Shown here in pieces: positions 9,401 through 17,593 of a stretch of DNA of 64,000 nt. The stretch covers positions 31,692 to 95,691 of the forward strand of contig JABAZV010000006.1 in NCBI GenBank assembly GCA_018608435.1. The letters are read 5' to 3'. The DNA comes from Patescibacteria group bacterium. Lineage in GTDB: Bacteria > Patescibacteriota > Minisyncoccia > Phycocordibacterales > UBA918. A program made the position numbers and the translations under genes. Positions within the stretch are counted from its first letter, which is position 1. Each line of letters opens with the position of its first letter. The notes under the pieces are model-generated. The model saw only the letters and a program-made list of their open reading frames with translations, searched no databases and was not told the origin of the DNA.

Positions 9401-12400
9401 CACCAATTGATGCTGTGAGCATAACGCTTTTCCAATTGGTAAGTTCTGTTGGTACAGTGGCTGTTGACGATGTCTCAATAGTTGTAAGTGGCACCAGCGG
9501 GCCAAGCGAAGCTAATGCACCAGCTGTCAATATCACAACTCCAGCGGCTGGAACGACTATAAGTGGAACTGTAACGGTCGTTGCAAACGCAACTGACGAT
9601 ACGGCGATAGTAGGAGTTTACTTTGCTGCAAATGGTATTCCAATCGGAAGCGAAGACTTTGCTGCTCCATATAATTACGTTTGGGACACAACAGCTGTAC
9701 CAAATGGAGAGTATATCCTGAAAGCAACTGCTCATGATCCATACGGAAACAACAATAAAGACGAAATTACAATAACTGTTGATAATAGTGGTGTAACGCC
9801 TCCGCCTTCTGGTGGCAATCTTATTGCCAACGCAGATTTTGCAACGGTAGTAGCAGGTGAACCAGCAGGCTGGAATAAAGGAGGATGGGGAACAAACAGT
9901 CGTGTTTTGACCTTTGTAGACAATGGCGGAAACGACAAGTATATTCGAACTGCAATTTCTGATTACGTATCAGGTGACGCGAAATGGTACTTCAATGATG
10001 TGTCTGTAACAGCTAACGAAACTTACGGTTACACGAGTACTTATCGATCCGATGTGCCAAGCGCTCTGACAGCTCGCTACACCAAAGCAGACGGCAGTAT
10101 TCAGTACGAATACCTCGGAGGCGAGCCTGCTTCTGCAGCATGGAATGATACTCAGGCTTACGACATCACAACTCCAGCGGACACGGTTTCATTGACTGTT
10201 TTCCATTCAATCAGCACAGCCGGTACGCTCGATGTACAAAGTGCAATATTGACTGGTGTGGCTGGTGAGCAAACAATCGAAGATCTGCAGCAGATGGTCA
10301 GTGATCTATTCCTTCAGATAAATGGTTTGTTGGCAAATGCTGGTAAAGAAGTAGATTCTTGTGATCTGATGACACTTGATCTAGCTAAAAACGCAGAAGA
10401 ACTTGATGCCCAGATTAATGATTTACTTGCAGTGCTTTCTGTACTGCAGGGAGGTGGAGTACCAGTTATTGGAACTTGTACAGTAACTGACATTCCAGTC
10501 GGTGCTAACCTGATCGCAAACGGCGATCTAGAAGTTGGTTCAGCAAACAATCCAACAGCTTGGGCTCAAGGAGGCTGGGGTACTAATGCTCGCGCCTTCA
10601 CTTACCCAGTAGCAGGCGAGACTGGTGACGCTGCTCGAGTAGAAATCACAAGCTACACCTCAGGTGACGCAAAATGGTTCTTCAATGACGTAACAGTGGT
10701 GTCTGGAACTGATTACACTTTTAGCGAAACTTACAAAGCAAACGTAGCTTCTGGACTCACAGCTCGCTACACTACAGCTGACGGTACAGTTTCTTACGAG
10801 TATCTTGCAACATTGCCAATTGCGGCAACGTGGCAAACTCACGTTGAAACAATCTCAGTACCAGCAGGCGTTACTGCTCTCACTATCTTCCACACTATTA
10901 CATCTGTAGGTGTGCTAGATATCGACAACTTCTCACTAACCGGAGCAGATGGTGGTCCTGGAGGTGGCGGAGGAGGGGTTACTCCACCAACTATTAGTTA
11001 CACAGGAGTAAGTGATGGTGATACTGTAACGGGACGACTTGTTCTAAATGTATCATTAGTAGACGGTAGCGCAGCTCCTTACCAGTCAGTTCAGCTGGAA
11101 ACAAATGGCACACCTGTAGCCAGAGACACAACGGCACCATATGTGTTGGCTTGGGACACAACTCGTTTTGCAGATGGTGACTACGAACTTGTAGTTGTAG
11201 TAAACGACGAAGTCGAAGCAAAAACTCAATCTGCGGCAATCAACATCACAGTTGATAATGTTGCTGACCCAGTAGATCCACCTCCGGTAGATCCTCCAAC
11301 AGGGAGCGGAATAATCAACGGATCAATGGAAGCGGCTGACCCAACTGACGCAACGCGTCCAAACGGTTGGAGCAAAAGTGCTTTCGGAGAATACGATGTA
11401 ACATTCACTTATCCAATTGCTGGAATAAGTGGAAACGGAGCGCGAGTTGAGCTTGCTAACTACATATCAAGTGACGCAAAGTGGGTATTCGAACCAGTCT
11501 CCGTAACAGCTGGAGCACTATACACACTGACTCATAGCTATCGTTCTGATGTAGAGACTACTATTAGTTTGGTATATCAGCGAGCCGACGATTCTTTCTA
11601 CTACATTGGACGAGTAGACTTAGCACCTAGCGCAACTTGGAAAACAGTCAAAGATTCATTCGTTATTCCAGATGATGCTGTAGCAGTATCTGTATTTCAA
11701 AGCCTGACTGCAGACGGTTTCCTTGAAGTAGACGAATTCATGCTAGAGCTTGGAACACCAGATGCTTTCAGTCAAGGAATGATTTCTCTTAGCTTCGATG
11801 ACGGTTGGCTAACTCACTATACTGAAGCTTTGCCACTGCTTGAAAAACACGACACTGACGCAACTTTCTACATAGTTAGTGGCTACACAACAGAAGCAAA
11901 TGGATCAGAACTAGTCGCCAACAACCTTATTTCAACAAACAACGGCAACGGTACACCAACAGGATGGTTCCAAGGTGGTTGGGGAGATAGTACTCAAGCA
12001 CTGGACTATAATATTACTGGCGGCGTGAATGGTGATGGTTCAGTGCGTACTGAAATAACAAATTATGTTTCTGGCGACGCTAAATGGTACTTTGATGACG
12101 TGCCAGTGACAGCAGGAGAATCATATGCTTTAACGCAAACTTACCGTTCTACGACTGACACTCAAATCAACGTTCGTTACACAATGTCTGATGATTCGTT
12201 CGTATACGACTTCATTGCTGGCGCTCCAAATACTGGAAACAGTTGGGAAGTGAATTCAAGTATAGTTGTTGCTCCAGTTGATGTGGTATCAATGACAATC
12301 TTTCATGTAGTTACTAGCGACGGAGTGCTAGAAATCGACAATGCATCAATTGTGTTAGTCGAAGACTTCATCTCTACCGACGAGGTACAGCGTTTGGCTG

Positions 12401-12891
12401 CGGCTGGTCACGAGATTGGTTCACATACTATTACCCACAGTTACCTCACAACATTAAGTGAGGCAGGGCAGGTAGCAGAACTTGAAAATTCAAAATCTAC
12501 TCTTGAGAACACGATTGTTCCAGGTGTTGCTGTGACTAGCATCGCGTATCCTTACGGAGACTACGATGGCTCAGTATTAGACAAAACAGCTGCGGCTGGC
12601 TATGACGCGGCGCGCGGAGTAGACCGAGGCTATAACACCAAAGCGACCGAACGTTACGCGCTTAAAGTGCAGCAAGTCGATCGTACAACAACAATTGCTG
12701 ATATTAACGAATGGATGACACAGGCAGAAACCGACGGTACTTGGTTAATCCTTATGTTCCACCAAATCGACGACATCGCAGCCAACGATCTCGGTATCAC
12801 AGCAGAATTCCTAGATGAAATCCTGACGACAGTAAACAACAGCGGAATCGCAGTGACAACAATAGGTGACGCAATCGGACTTTTGAACTAA
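6409..12891 (+). CDS. Giant secreted multidomain protein (2160 aa): PQQ-type sugar dehydrogenase-like beta-propeller, PKD/Ig-like domains, six CBM_4_9-like modules, and a C-terminal CE4 (NodB) polysaccharide deacetylase with one CBM module inserted
   Basis: It has a signal peptide. The SGDH-like propeller shows AMAFTPDGRIFVTEKSGVVQVI...LLGIETDPNFASNGYVYLLYTY. The PKD domain shows LSYFWTFGDGATAATTSPVHTYTTNGLYTASLQVTDSNG. Six modules repeat about every 600 bp, each with GW..GGWGTN...SGDAKW(Y/F)F.D.. ...W...PA..T.FH...S.G.L.(I/V)D. The CE4 motifs are SFDDGW (motif 1), GHEIGSHTITH (motif 2), IAYPYG (motif 3) and LILMFH (motif 5). Confidence 0.9.
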   Translation: MKTPFNQTRSNVLVALVMLGAALTFFAPQSALAQIPDVVINESGFENEVIAGGLSLPTAMAFTPDGRIFVTEKSGVVQVIKNGVVLAAPLISLTDVNTFGDRGLLGIETDPNFASNGYVYLLYTYENSPGINISGAKTARIVRITVTGDTASESSKVVLVGAVGGNVTSPSCEDFAVTADCIASDSNSHSAGGLRFGPDGKLYATTGDGADFAAVDSRALRAQDIDSLAGKVLRINTDGTAPADNPFYDGDPDSNRSKVYAFGFRNQFRFNFNTETGKLYGGDVGWSSWEEINEVVAGANYGWPCREGDFAQAEYACDPSTVASDPVYAYAHDATGAGSITAGSFFENNVYPAEYSTSMFIGDYAQQWMKRLVLDTNGNVVEVVDFVPNMIWPVEITTGADGNVYYIDIARGSVNRITHTEGNRSPVVNITATPTSGLSPLQVEFSSAGTQDLDGDTLSYFWTFGDGATAATTSPVHTYTTNGLYTASLQVTDSNGATVSKSIDITVGNQSPAAEITSPVSGSFYEAGQTLSVYGLGTDPEDGAIPAENISWEVILHHNVHTHTLSTAAGVDTIEFQADGHDDPDVYIRVVMRVTDSNGLVGEDSINMYLDNGSGIAGNLISNPSLEEADPAFAIQPLDWIPGWYGNMNPVFEYPVNGLSGEKAARVTVTDYVSGAARWYFSPAFVQVGTDYRFSNVYIADTTTTFTAQYGRSDGTYFYEVLKVLPAVSDPTSAEVTFTVPEGVQTMTIFHDLFANGTLTVDEYSLVEVSGDTNPPTGFFTNIVPGDVVSGTVLLDVTAADAEGDVTMVHLYVDGAKVEGIEDTTAPFQLLWDTTAFADGGHTIQVHTHDEVDNAGLSDPIAITIDNSSTSTNPNLVFNGDFEIVGDDGLPAGWIQGGWGTNERVYTYPSNGRDGGRAAAVSINKYDLSDDGDAKWVFSDIPVIVGTEYTYRNYYYSDTISDIIGRYTYADGSISYFGLIKEIAPVADWTPLEATFTPPIDAVSITLFQLVSSVGTVAVDDVSIVVSGTSGPSEANAPAVNITTPAAGTTISGTVTVVANATDDTAIVGVYFAANGIPIGSEDFAAPYNYVWDTTAVPNGEYILKATAHDPYGNNNKDEITITVDNSGVTPPPSGGNLIANADFATVVAGEPAGWNKGGWGTNSRVLTFVDNGGNDKYIRTAISDYVSGDAKWYFNDVSVTANETYGYTSTYRSDVPSALTARYTKADGSIQYEYLGGEPASAAWNDTQAYDITTPADTVSLTVFHSISTAGTLDVQSAILTGVAGEQTIEDLQQMVSDLFLQINGLLANAGKEVDSCDLMTLDLAKNAEELDAQINDLLAVLSVLQGGGVPVIGTCTVTDIPVGANLIANGDLEVGSANNPTAWAQGGWGTNARAFTYPVAGETGDAARVEITSYTSGDAKWFFNDVTVVSGTDYTFSETYKANVASGLTARYTTADGTVSYEYLATLPIAATWQTHVETISVPAGVTALTIFHTITSVGVLDIDNFSLTGADGGPGGGGGGVTPPTISYTGVSDGDTVTGRLVLNVSLVDGSAAPYQSVQLETNGTPVARDTTAPYVLAWDTTRFADGDYELVVVVNDEVEAKTQSAAINITVDNVADPVDPPPVDPPTGSGIINGSMEAADPTDATRPNGWSKSAFGEYDVTFTYPIAGISGNGARVELANYISSDAKWVFEPVSVTAGALYTLTHSYRSDVETTISLVYQRADDSFYYIGRVDLAPSATWKTVKDSFVIPDDAVAVSVFQSLTADGFLEVDEFMLELGTPDAFSQGMISLSFDDGWLTHYTEALPLLEKHDTDATFYIVSGYTTEANGSELVANNLISTNNGNGTPTGWFQGGWGDSTQALDYNITGGVNGDGSVRTEITNYVSGDAKWYFDDVPVTAGESYALTQTYRSTTDTQINVRYTMSDDSFVYDFIAGAPNTGNSWEVNSSIVVAPVDVVSMTIFHVVTSDGVLEIDNASIVLVEDFISTDEVQRLAAAGHEIGSHTITHSYLTTLSEAGQVAELENSKSTLENTIVPGVAVTSIAYPYGDYDGSVLDKTAAAGYDAARGVDRGYNTKATERYALKVQQVDRTTTIADINEWMTQAETDGTWLILMFHQIDDIAANDLGITAEFLDEILTTVNNSGIAVTTIGDAIGLLN

Positions 12892-12911
12892 AACAAAGAA
12901 AGTAATAGTTA

Positions 12912-12976
12912 GAAACCCTAAAATATAATGACCGGAGCTTTAGCTCTGGTCATTAATATTTTAGGGTTTCTTTTCT
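12912..12976 (+). terminator. Rho-independent terminator with an unusually long (about 27 bp) near-perfect stem after the 2160-aa gene
   Basis: GAAACCCTAAAATATAATGACCGGAGC-TTTA-GCTCTGGTCATTAATATTTTAGGGTTTC is followed by TTTTCT. The stem has one indel and one mismatch. Confidence 0.65.
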
Positions 12977-13010
12977 AATTATTTACCAGCTAAACCAAAC
13001 AGATAAGACT

Positions 13011-13019
13011 TGTTATAAT
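13011..13019 (+). promoter_or_regulatory. Extended -10 element (TGtTATAAT) 6 nt upstream of the MBL-hydrolase ATG; suggests a leaderless transcript
   Basis: TGTTATAAT lies at 13011..13019 and the ATG at 13026. There is no SD sequence. The spacing fits a TSS at the A of the ATG. Confidence 0.4.
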
Positions 13020-13025
13020 ATAAAA

Positions 13026-13667
13026 ATGAAAATCACTAAATACGGTCAGTGTTGTTTGCTGATTGAAATAAATGATAAAAGAATATTAACTGACCCGGGT
13101 AAATTCAGTGTGTCTCAAAATGATGTTAAGAACATTGATTTGATTTTGATTACGCATGAACACGCTGATCATTTACACAGTGACTCTTTGCAGGCTATTT
13201 TGGCAAACAATCCAAACGCCAAAGTCGTGGCAAATACCGGAGTTGCTAAAGTCTTAAACGAACTGGGAGTAAATCATGAAGTTCTAGAAGGGACTGACAG
13301 TGGCGAAAAGGCTGGGGTTGCGCTCGAAGCATATGATGGCAAACATGCAGAAATATTTGAAGAATACGGACAGGTGCAAAATACTGGATACTTTATCGAA
13401 AACAAATTATTTTACCCCGGAGACGCCTACACCGAGCCGAACAAAGAAGTGGAAGTATTAGCGCTCCCTGTCGCTGGTCCGTGGTGCAAAGCAGCTGATG
13501 CTATTGCATATGCACTTAAAGTAAAGCCATTAAAAGCTTTTCCGGTTCACGATTGGTTGCTTAATGATGATGGCATCGCCTTAACTCACAGTTTGTTTGA
13601 AACGCAGCTTAAAGTTAACGATATAGAGTTTGTCAGATTAAAGAACGATGAAGCTAAGGAGTTTTAG
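13026..13667 (+). CDS. MBL-fold metallo-hydrolase
   Basis: The HxHxDH motif is LILITHEHADHLH. Downstream are His and Asp ligands (GDAYTEP, PVHDW). The protein is 213 aa. Confidence 0.85.
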   Translation: MKITKYGQCCLLIEINDKRILTDPGKFSVSQNDVKNIDLILITHEHADHLHSDSLQAILANNPNAKVVANTGVAKVLNELGVNHEVLEGTDSGEKAGVALEAYDGKHAEIFEEYGQVQNTGYFIENKLFYPGDAYTEPNKEVEVLALPVAGPWCKAADAIAYALKVKPLKAFPVHDWLLNDDGIALTHSLFETQLKVNDIEFVRLKNDEAKEF

Positions 13668-13844
13668 CCAGATTGTGTAAAGTTCTAATTTTTTGTGCTA
13701 TTTTCTTCCCGCAATGCAAATTGCTACAATTTCCAAGTCTAAAGCTGGCTAACCAAAAACCGATGGTAAAGACAAAATATTCTTGTTGATATACTAAGGA
13801 TAGTGTTATACAGTATGGTTTGAAATCGTTTTGGGAGAAAAGTA

Positions 13845-14036
13845 ATGGCTAGGTCTATTTTCGCTGTAGTTCTCACTTTGGTGTCTTCTTCCTGTCTGTT
13901 CGTCGGAGTGTTTCATCTTACTGGTGACTGGGTGACTGCTGCTGTCTTTGCTGTGGCACTTTGCACAGCTCTGTTCATTTTGCTTATTTCAATAGAGGCT
14001 ATTATTGGGAGCATGCGCAAACTAAAATACAAATAA
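13845..14036 (+). CDS. Small two-TM membrane protein (63 aa), hypothetical
   Basis: Two hydrophobic helices are followed by a basic C-terminus. A terminator follows directly. Confidence 0.4.
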   Translation: MARSIFAVVLTLVSSSCLFVGVFHLTGDWVTAAVFAVALCTALFILLISIEAIIGSMRKLKYK

Positions 14037-14073
14037 CGCCCGCCGGTCGCCCTGACTTTTCGGGCGATTTTTT
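14037..14073 (+). terminator. Rho-independent terminator (CGCCCG...CGGGCG stem plus T6)
   Basis: cgcccgccggtcgccctgacttttcgggcgatttttt lies immediately after the 63-aa ORF. Confidence 0.5.
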
Positions 14074-14158
14074 ATATTAAAGGCGAAGTGTGTTGTTGTT
14101 CGTTTGTATATTATCCTGCCTCTTGGTTGCAGGGTGTTGAAAATTATTGTGTACGCAA

Positions 14159-14464
14159 TTATTCTGCTTTAAAAACAAATAAACCTTCTAGCTTCTTGCC
14201 TGAAATACTTTTCATATCGTAACACTTGGTCCATGGGTGATCGGCAGGGATGTCTTTCATGGCTGCAGTAGCTGCGTCTGCTGCTGCTTTGTCTTCCCAG
14301 AATACAAAGTCAGTGTAATTTCCATCTGCGTCTTTGGTGATATTCCAGCTCAACCAACCTGTCTGCTTCTTCATCCAGATGTCAACAATGTCTTCGGCGG
14401 CTTTGTGTAAAGCTTCTTCTGTTATTTCATCCGCTAGACGGTAATTGATTTGATCGATAAACAT
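14159..14464 (-). CDS. Hypothetical protein (about 101 aa; I trimmed the start to Met-72 of the listed 172-aa ORF to remove overlap with the upstream GH26 gene)
   Basis: The listed ORF 14159..14677 overlaps ORF 14541..15821 by 137 nt in another frame. The internal ATG at 14464..14462 removes the overlap. The C-terminal part reads as a globular protein, and I recognise no domain. Confidence 0.4.
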   Translation of the reverse strand: MFIDQINYRLADEITEEALHKAAEDIVDIWMKKQTGWLSWNITKDADGNYTDFVFWEDKAAADAATAAMKDIPADHPWTKCYDMKSISGKKLEGLFVFKAE

Positions 14465-14540
14465 AATATTTGTATTAATTAATAAGTTTACAAGGAAGGG
14501 TAGAGATAGATCAAAAATAGTCGCCCAGAGGTGGCTTTGT

Positions 14541-15821
14541 TTAATCTGTCTCTTCACCGATCGCGCGCAAGAACACTTCCCAAGCATCATCGTCAGACCA
14601 GAGCAGCCAGTTTCTTTCTTTGTTCTGGTTAAACCAAATCCAAGCTTCGATGTTTTTGTAGCGAGGAATGACATCAAAGAATCCTTCAGTCATCCACTTG
14701 GCCTTGTTTGGTCCTTCAGCTGACGCAAATGAGAAAATGAATATTGGCTTGTTGTATTGCGACAGAGTATCAAGCGGGCGAGTGAAAATCTCTTCAAAGG
14801 TGTACCACGGCGGCCCGTCATTAAACCCGTCTACACCGACAATATCGACGTAAGCATCGCCAGGGTAGTAGTTTTCAATCTTGTTTTCTGGAGTGTTTGG
14901 CACTGACGAAGCATTTACAGCCCAGCCAAATTTAACATTATTTAAGTGATTGAAGTAATCATGAATATACCGATAAGCTTGCACAGCCTTTTCTGGTGTA
15001 TTGCCGTTCTTGGTTCCACTCCATGGTGTCCAGTTGCCGTTTAGTTCAGAAAAAGGAATAAGAATAACCTCACCTCGGTAATTTTCTAGCTGGTCGGCAA
15101 AATCCTCGAAGTAATCGTCCCAGTTGCCATTTAAGATGTTCTGGTAAGAATAGGCAGGCTGATTTGTGCCTCCGATAGTGTAATCGCTGGCCTCCCAAAA
15201 GAGGACGAGTGTTCGGTCTTTGTCGCGTGCGTAGGTCTTGAGGAAGCTTGGTAAAGCACCATCACCGTTGCCCCAGTGAACAAAGAAGGCGAGATAATCA
15301 GGATTGGTTTCTACGCGTTGTTCAAAATCTTTGATGGCACCGGCATTTGAGCCAGTAAACACACCCCAATCTAATTGTTTGTATGGCGCCGGTGGAGTGT
15401 CGACAACTGTAGAGGGCTGGTTGGAGTAAAATGAAATATTGGTCGGTTTTGGAAGGATTGTGTTGTTTAGTGTGGTGGTTGATGTAGCTGCTGCAACTGG
15501 CATCTCTTCAATAACAGGCTTAATTGTTGTTTCTTGTTCAATCTCTACTGGCTTTACTGCTACTTCCTGTTCTTGCTGAACCTCTTTTGTTTCAGGTGTT
15601 TGTTGTAATTCTTCTGATTCTTGAACTATCACCGCTGTTTCTTCTGGCATTGTGTTTGTAGATAATTCTTCTGATTCGTGCAGAGCGTAAGCTGTTGGAG
15701 ATCTGGTTATAATTGACGGACTGTTAATTATCGTACTCGTTGTTTTTGGTGGAGTAGGGTTAATATTTTCAATTATTTCCTCCTGAACAGGTTGGTTGTG
15801 TGTACGCAAAATGTCTGCCAC
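14541..15821 (-). CDS. Glycoside hydrolase family 26-like (beta-mannanase family) with an N-terminal membrane anchor and a Pro/Glu/Thr-rich linker
   Basis: YYPGDAYVDIVGVDGFN matches the GH26 signature YYPGD.YVD.VG.D.Y(N/D). ILIPFSELNGNW matches the GH26 catalytic-acid region (HEMNG.W). Confidence 0.75.
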   Translation of the reverse strand: MADILRTHNQPVQEEIIENINPTPPKTTSTIINSPSIITRSPTAYALHESEELSTNTMPEETAVIVQESEELQQTPETKEVQQEQEVAVKPVEIEQETTIKPVIEEMPVAAATSTTTLNNTILPKPTNISFYSNQPSTVVDTPPAPYKQLDWGVFTGSNAGAIKDFEQRVETNPDYLAFFVHWGNGDGALPSFLKTYARDKDRTLVLFWEASDYTIGGTNQPAYSYQNILNGNWDDYFEDFADQLENYRGEVILIPFSELNGNWTPWSGTKNGNTPEKAVQAYRYIHDYFNHLNNVKFGWAVNASSVPNTPENKIENYYPGDAYVDIVGVDGFNDGPPWYTFEEIFTRPLDTLSQYNKPIFIFSFASAEGPNKAKWMTEGFFDVIPRYKNIEAWIWFNQNKERNWLLWSDDDAWEVFLRAIGEETD

Positions 15822-16044
15822 AAAGAATAGACATATAAAAAGGCAGAATCCACCACTGAGATAGAAAGCTTTCTTTTGTTTTCGATTTAACGGTGTCGAT
15901 TTCAGAGCTAGTATTATAACTCATTCTGAGTTTTGTTTGTGGTTTATGTATTTAAAATTGTGTCTTGTAGGTTGTCCTGTATGCCAATGTTAAATCTGCT
16001 CAGCAAATTCACTCAGAAACGGTGTTTGTGCCGCGTCTGCAGGT

Positions 16045-17529
16045 TTGACGATGCTATACTTTGTTATTATGAATAGTAATAATGACCATCATCTATCAAT
16101 TTCGCTGCAACCGTCTCGGCTGCAGCGGGTGGCAATGTCTTTGATGGCGGTCATGGTGCTGGTGACATTTGTTGCTACAAATTTGCAGGCTTTATTATGG
16201 CAATCTTCTTCTTGGCTGGTGGGAGCTGTTTTGCCGGCTGTGGTTGTTGATCTTACTAATGAAGAGCGTGGTGGGGTAGAAGCATCTTTGCTTGCGCGAA
16301 GCAGTCTGCTAGATGAGGCGGCACGCTTGAAGGCAGAACACATGGCTCAGAATGAGTATTTCTCGCACTATAGCCCTGAGGGAGTGACGCCGTGGGAATG
16401 GTTTGACGAGGTTAATTACGTTTACGCACATGCAGGAGAAAACCTAGCTATTCATTTTTCTGATTCATCTAAGTTGGTAGAAGCTTGGATGAATTCTCCT
16501 TCTCACCGTGAAAACATTGTGAATAGTGAATTCACAGAAATCGGCGTCGGTACAGCTAAGGGAAAGTTTGAAGGTTACGATACGGTTTACGTGGTGCAGC
16601 TGTTTGGCACTCCAGCAGTCATTGCTGAAGTAGAAGTCGTAACTGAGCTTGACGCAACAACATTTTCTTTGATTGAAGAAGTAGCTCCAGAAACAATTTC
16701 ATCAGATGTAGAACCAGCAATTGAAGAAACTGAAGAATTTACAGCAGTAGAATTAGCAGCAGTGACTGAGCCTGATATCGCTGCCGAGACTACTGCACTG
16801 GCTGAAGTTCTGGCAGTGCAGACTGAGGAAGTGATGGGAATAGTGGTAAAAGAAGATAGTTCTCATGCAGAAGAGGCTGCTAGCTATGAAGAAGCAACAA
16901 TAGAGATTAAGATTGAAGATCAATTAATTGAAACAGAATTAGAAACAGCCATAGATAATGAGGTTAAATTCACTGATTTGGCTGCTGTTTTAGATGTTGA
17001 ACCCGTTGAGTTAGAGGGTGTCGAAGATGAAATTTTACCATCTTCTACTTCAGAAACTGTTGTGGAAATCGAAGACCCTGCAAGTTCGACTCTGTTGTCT
17101 GGCAGCAGTGGACCAGCTGAATTAGTTAAAGCCGAGAACAGTCTGTCTGAGAGTGTTTCTGACTCTGAACAAGTGGCAGATGTTTCTGTTTATAAAGCAA
17201 GCCCTGCTGAAGTTATGCAAACTACGTTTCTATCAACATCATCTGGCTTAAAAGCGGTTGACTCTAAAAACACTTTTGTGACTGAGAAAACACTTTCTGC
17301 CACAGCAGGAACGACTGCCGCCGCGCTTGCTACCCAGCCACATGCGCTGTTGCGTGTCATATATATGTTGCTCACAACAACTATCCTTGGCTTGCTTGTG
17401 GCATCAATGGTGCTCGAGGCACGTCGTTTGCATGTGGTGCAAGTCGCTTATGGCTTTTTACTTATTTTAGGAATGGGAGGTTTGTGGTTCCTGCACGGTT
17501 GGTTTGTGGGTGGTGCGGTTGTGGTTTAG
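16045..17529 (+). CDS. CAP/SCP (YkwD-like) domain protein with an acidic low-complexity region and two C-terminal TM helices
   Basis: LTNEERGG...EYFSHYSPEGVTPWEWF...GENLA...EAWMNSPSHRENIVNSEFTEIGVG matches the CAP domain motifs. Confidence 0.8.
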   Translation: MTMLYFVIMNSNNDHHLSISLQPSRLQRVAMSLMAVMVLVTFVATNLQALLWQSSSWLVGAVLPAVVVDLTNEERGGVEASLLARSSLLDEAARLKAEHMAQNEYFSHYSPEGVTPWEWFDEVNYVYAHAGENLAIHFSDSSKLVEAWMNSPSHRENIVNSEFTEIGVGTAKGKFEGYDTVYVVQLFGTPAVIAEVEVVTELDATTFSLIEEVAPETISSDVEPAIEETEEFTAVELAAVTEPDIAAETTALAEVLAVQTEEVMGIVVKEDSSHAEEAASYEEATIEIKIEDQLIETELETAIDNEVKFTDLAAVLDVEPVELEGVEDEILPSSTSETVVEIEDPASSTLLSGSSGPAELVKAENSLSESVSDSEQVADVSVYKASPAEVMQTTFLSTSSGLKAVDSKNTFVTEKTLSATAGTTAAALATQPHALLRVIYMLLTTTILGLLVASMVLEARRLHVVQVAYGFLLILGMGGLWFLHGWFVGGAVVV

Positions 17530-17593
17530 TGTCGAATGATAATTCATTAGCACTGCCAGCAATGCTTTTCAATATCGAGTATACTAATGTGTA

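Noticed and set aside
14159-14677. The full 172-aa form of the minus-strand ORF
   Set aside because: Its first 71 codons overlap the 3' end of the GH26 gene in another frame and are Cys/Lys-rich. I trimmed it to the internal ATG at 14464. Even the short form is low confidence.
17530-17593. A LexA/SOS box upstream of umuD
   Set aside because: Neither CTGT-N8-ACAG nor GAAC-N4-GTTC is present. The region has only weak AT-rich dyads. The operator may be lineage-specific, so no call is made.
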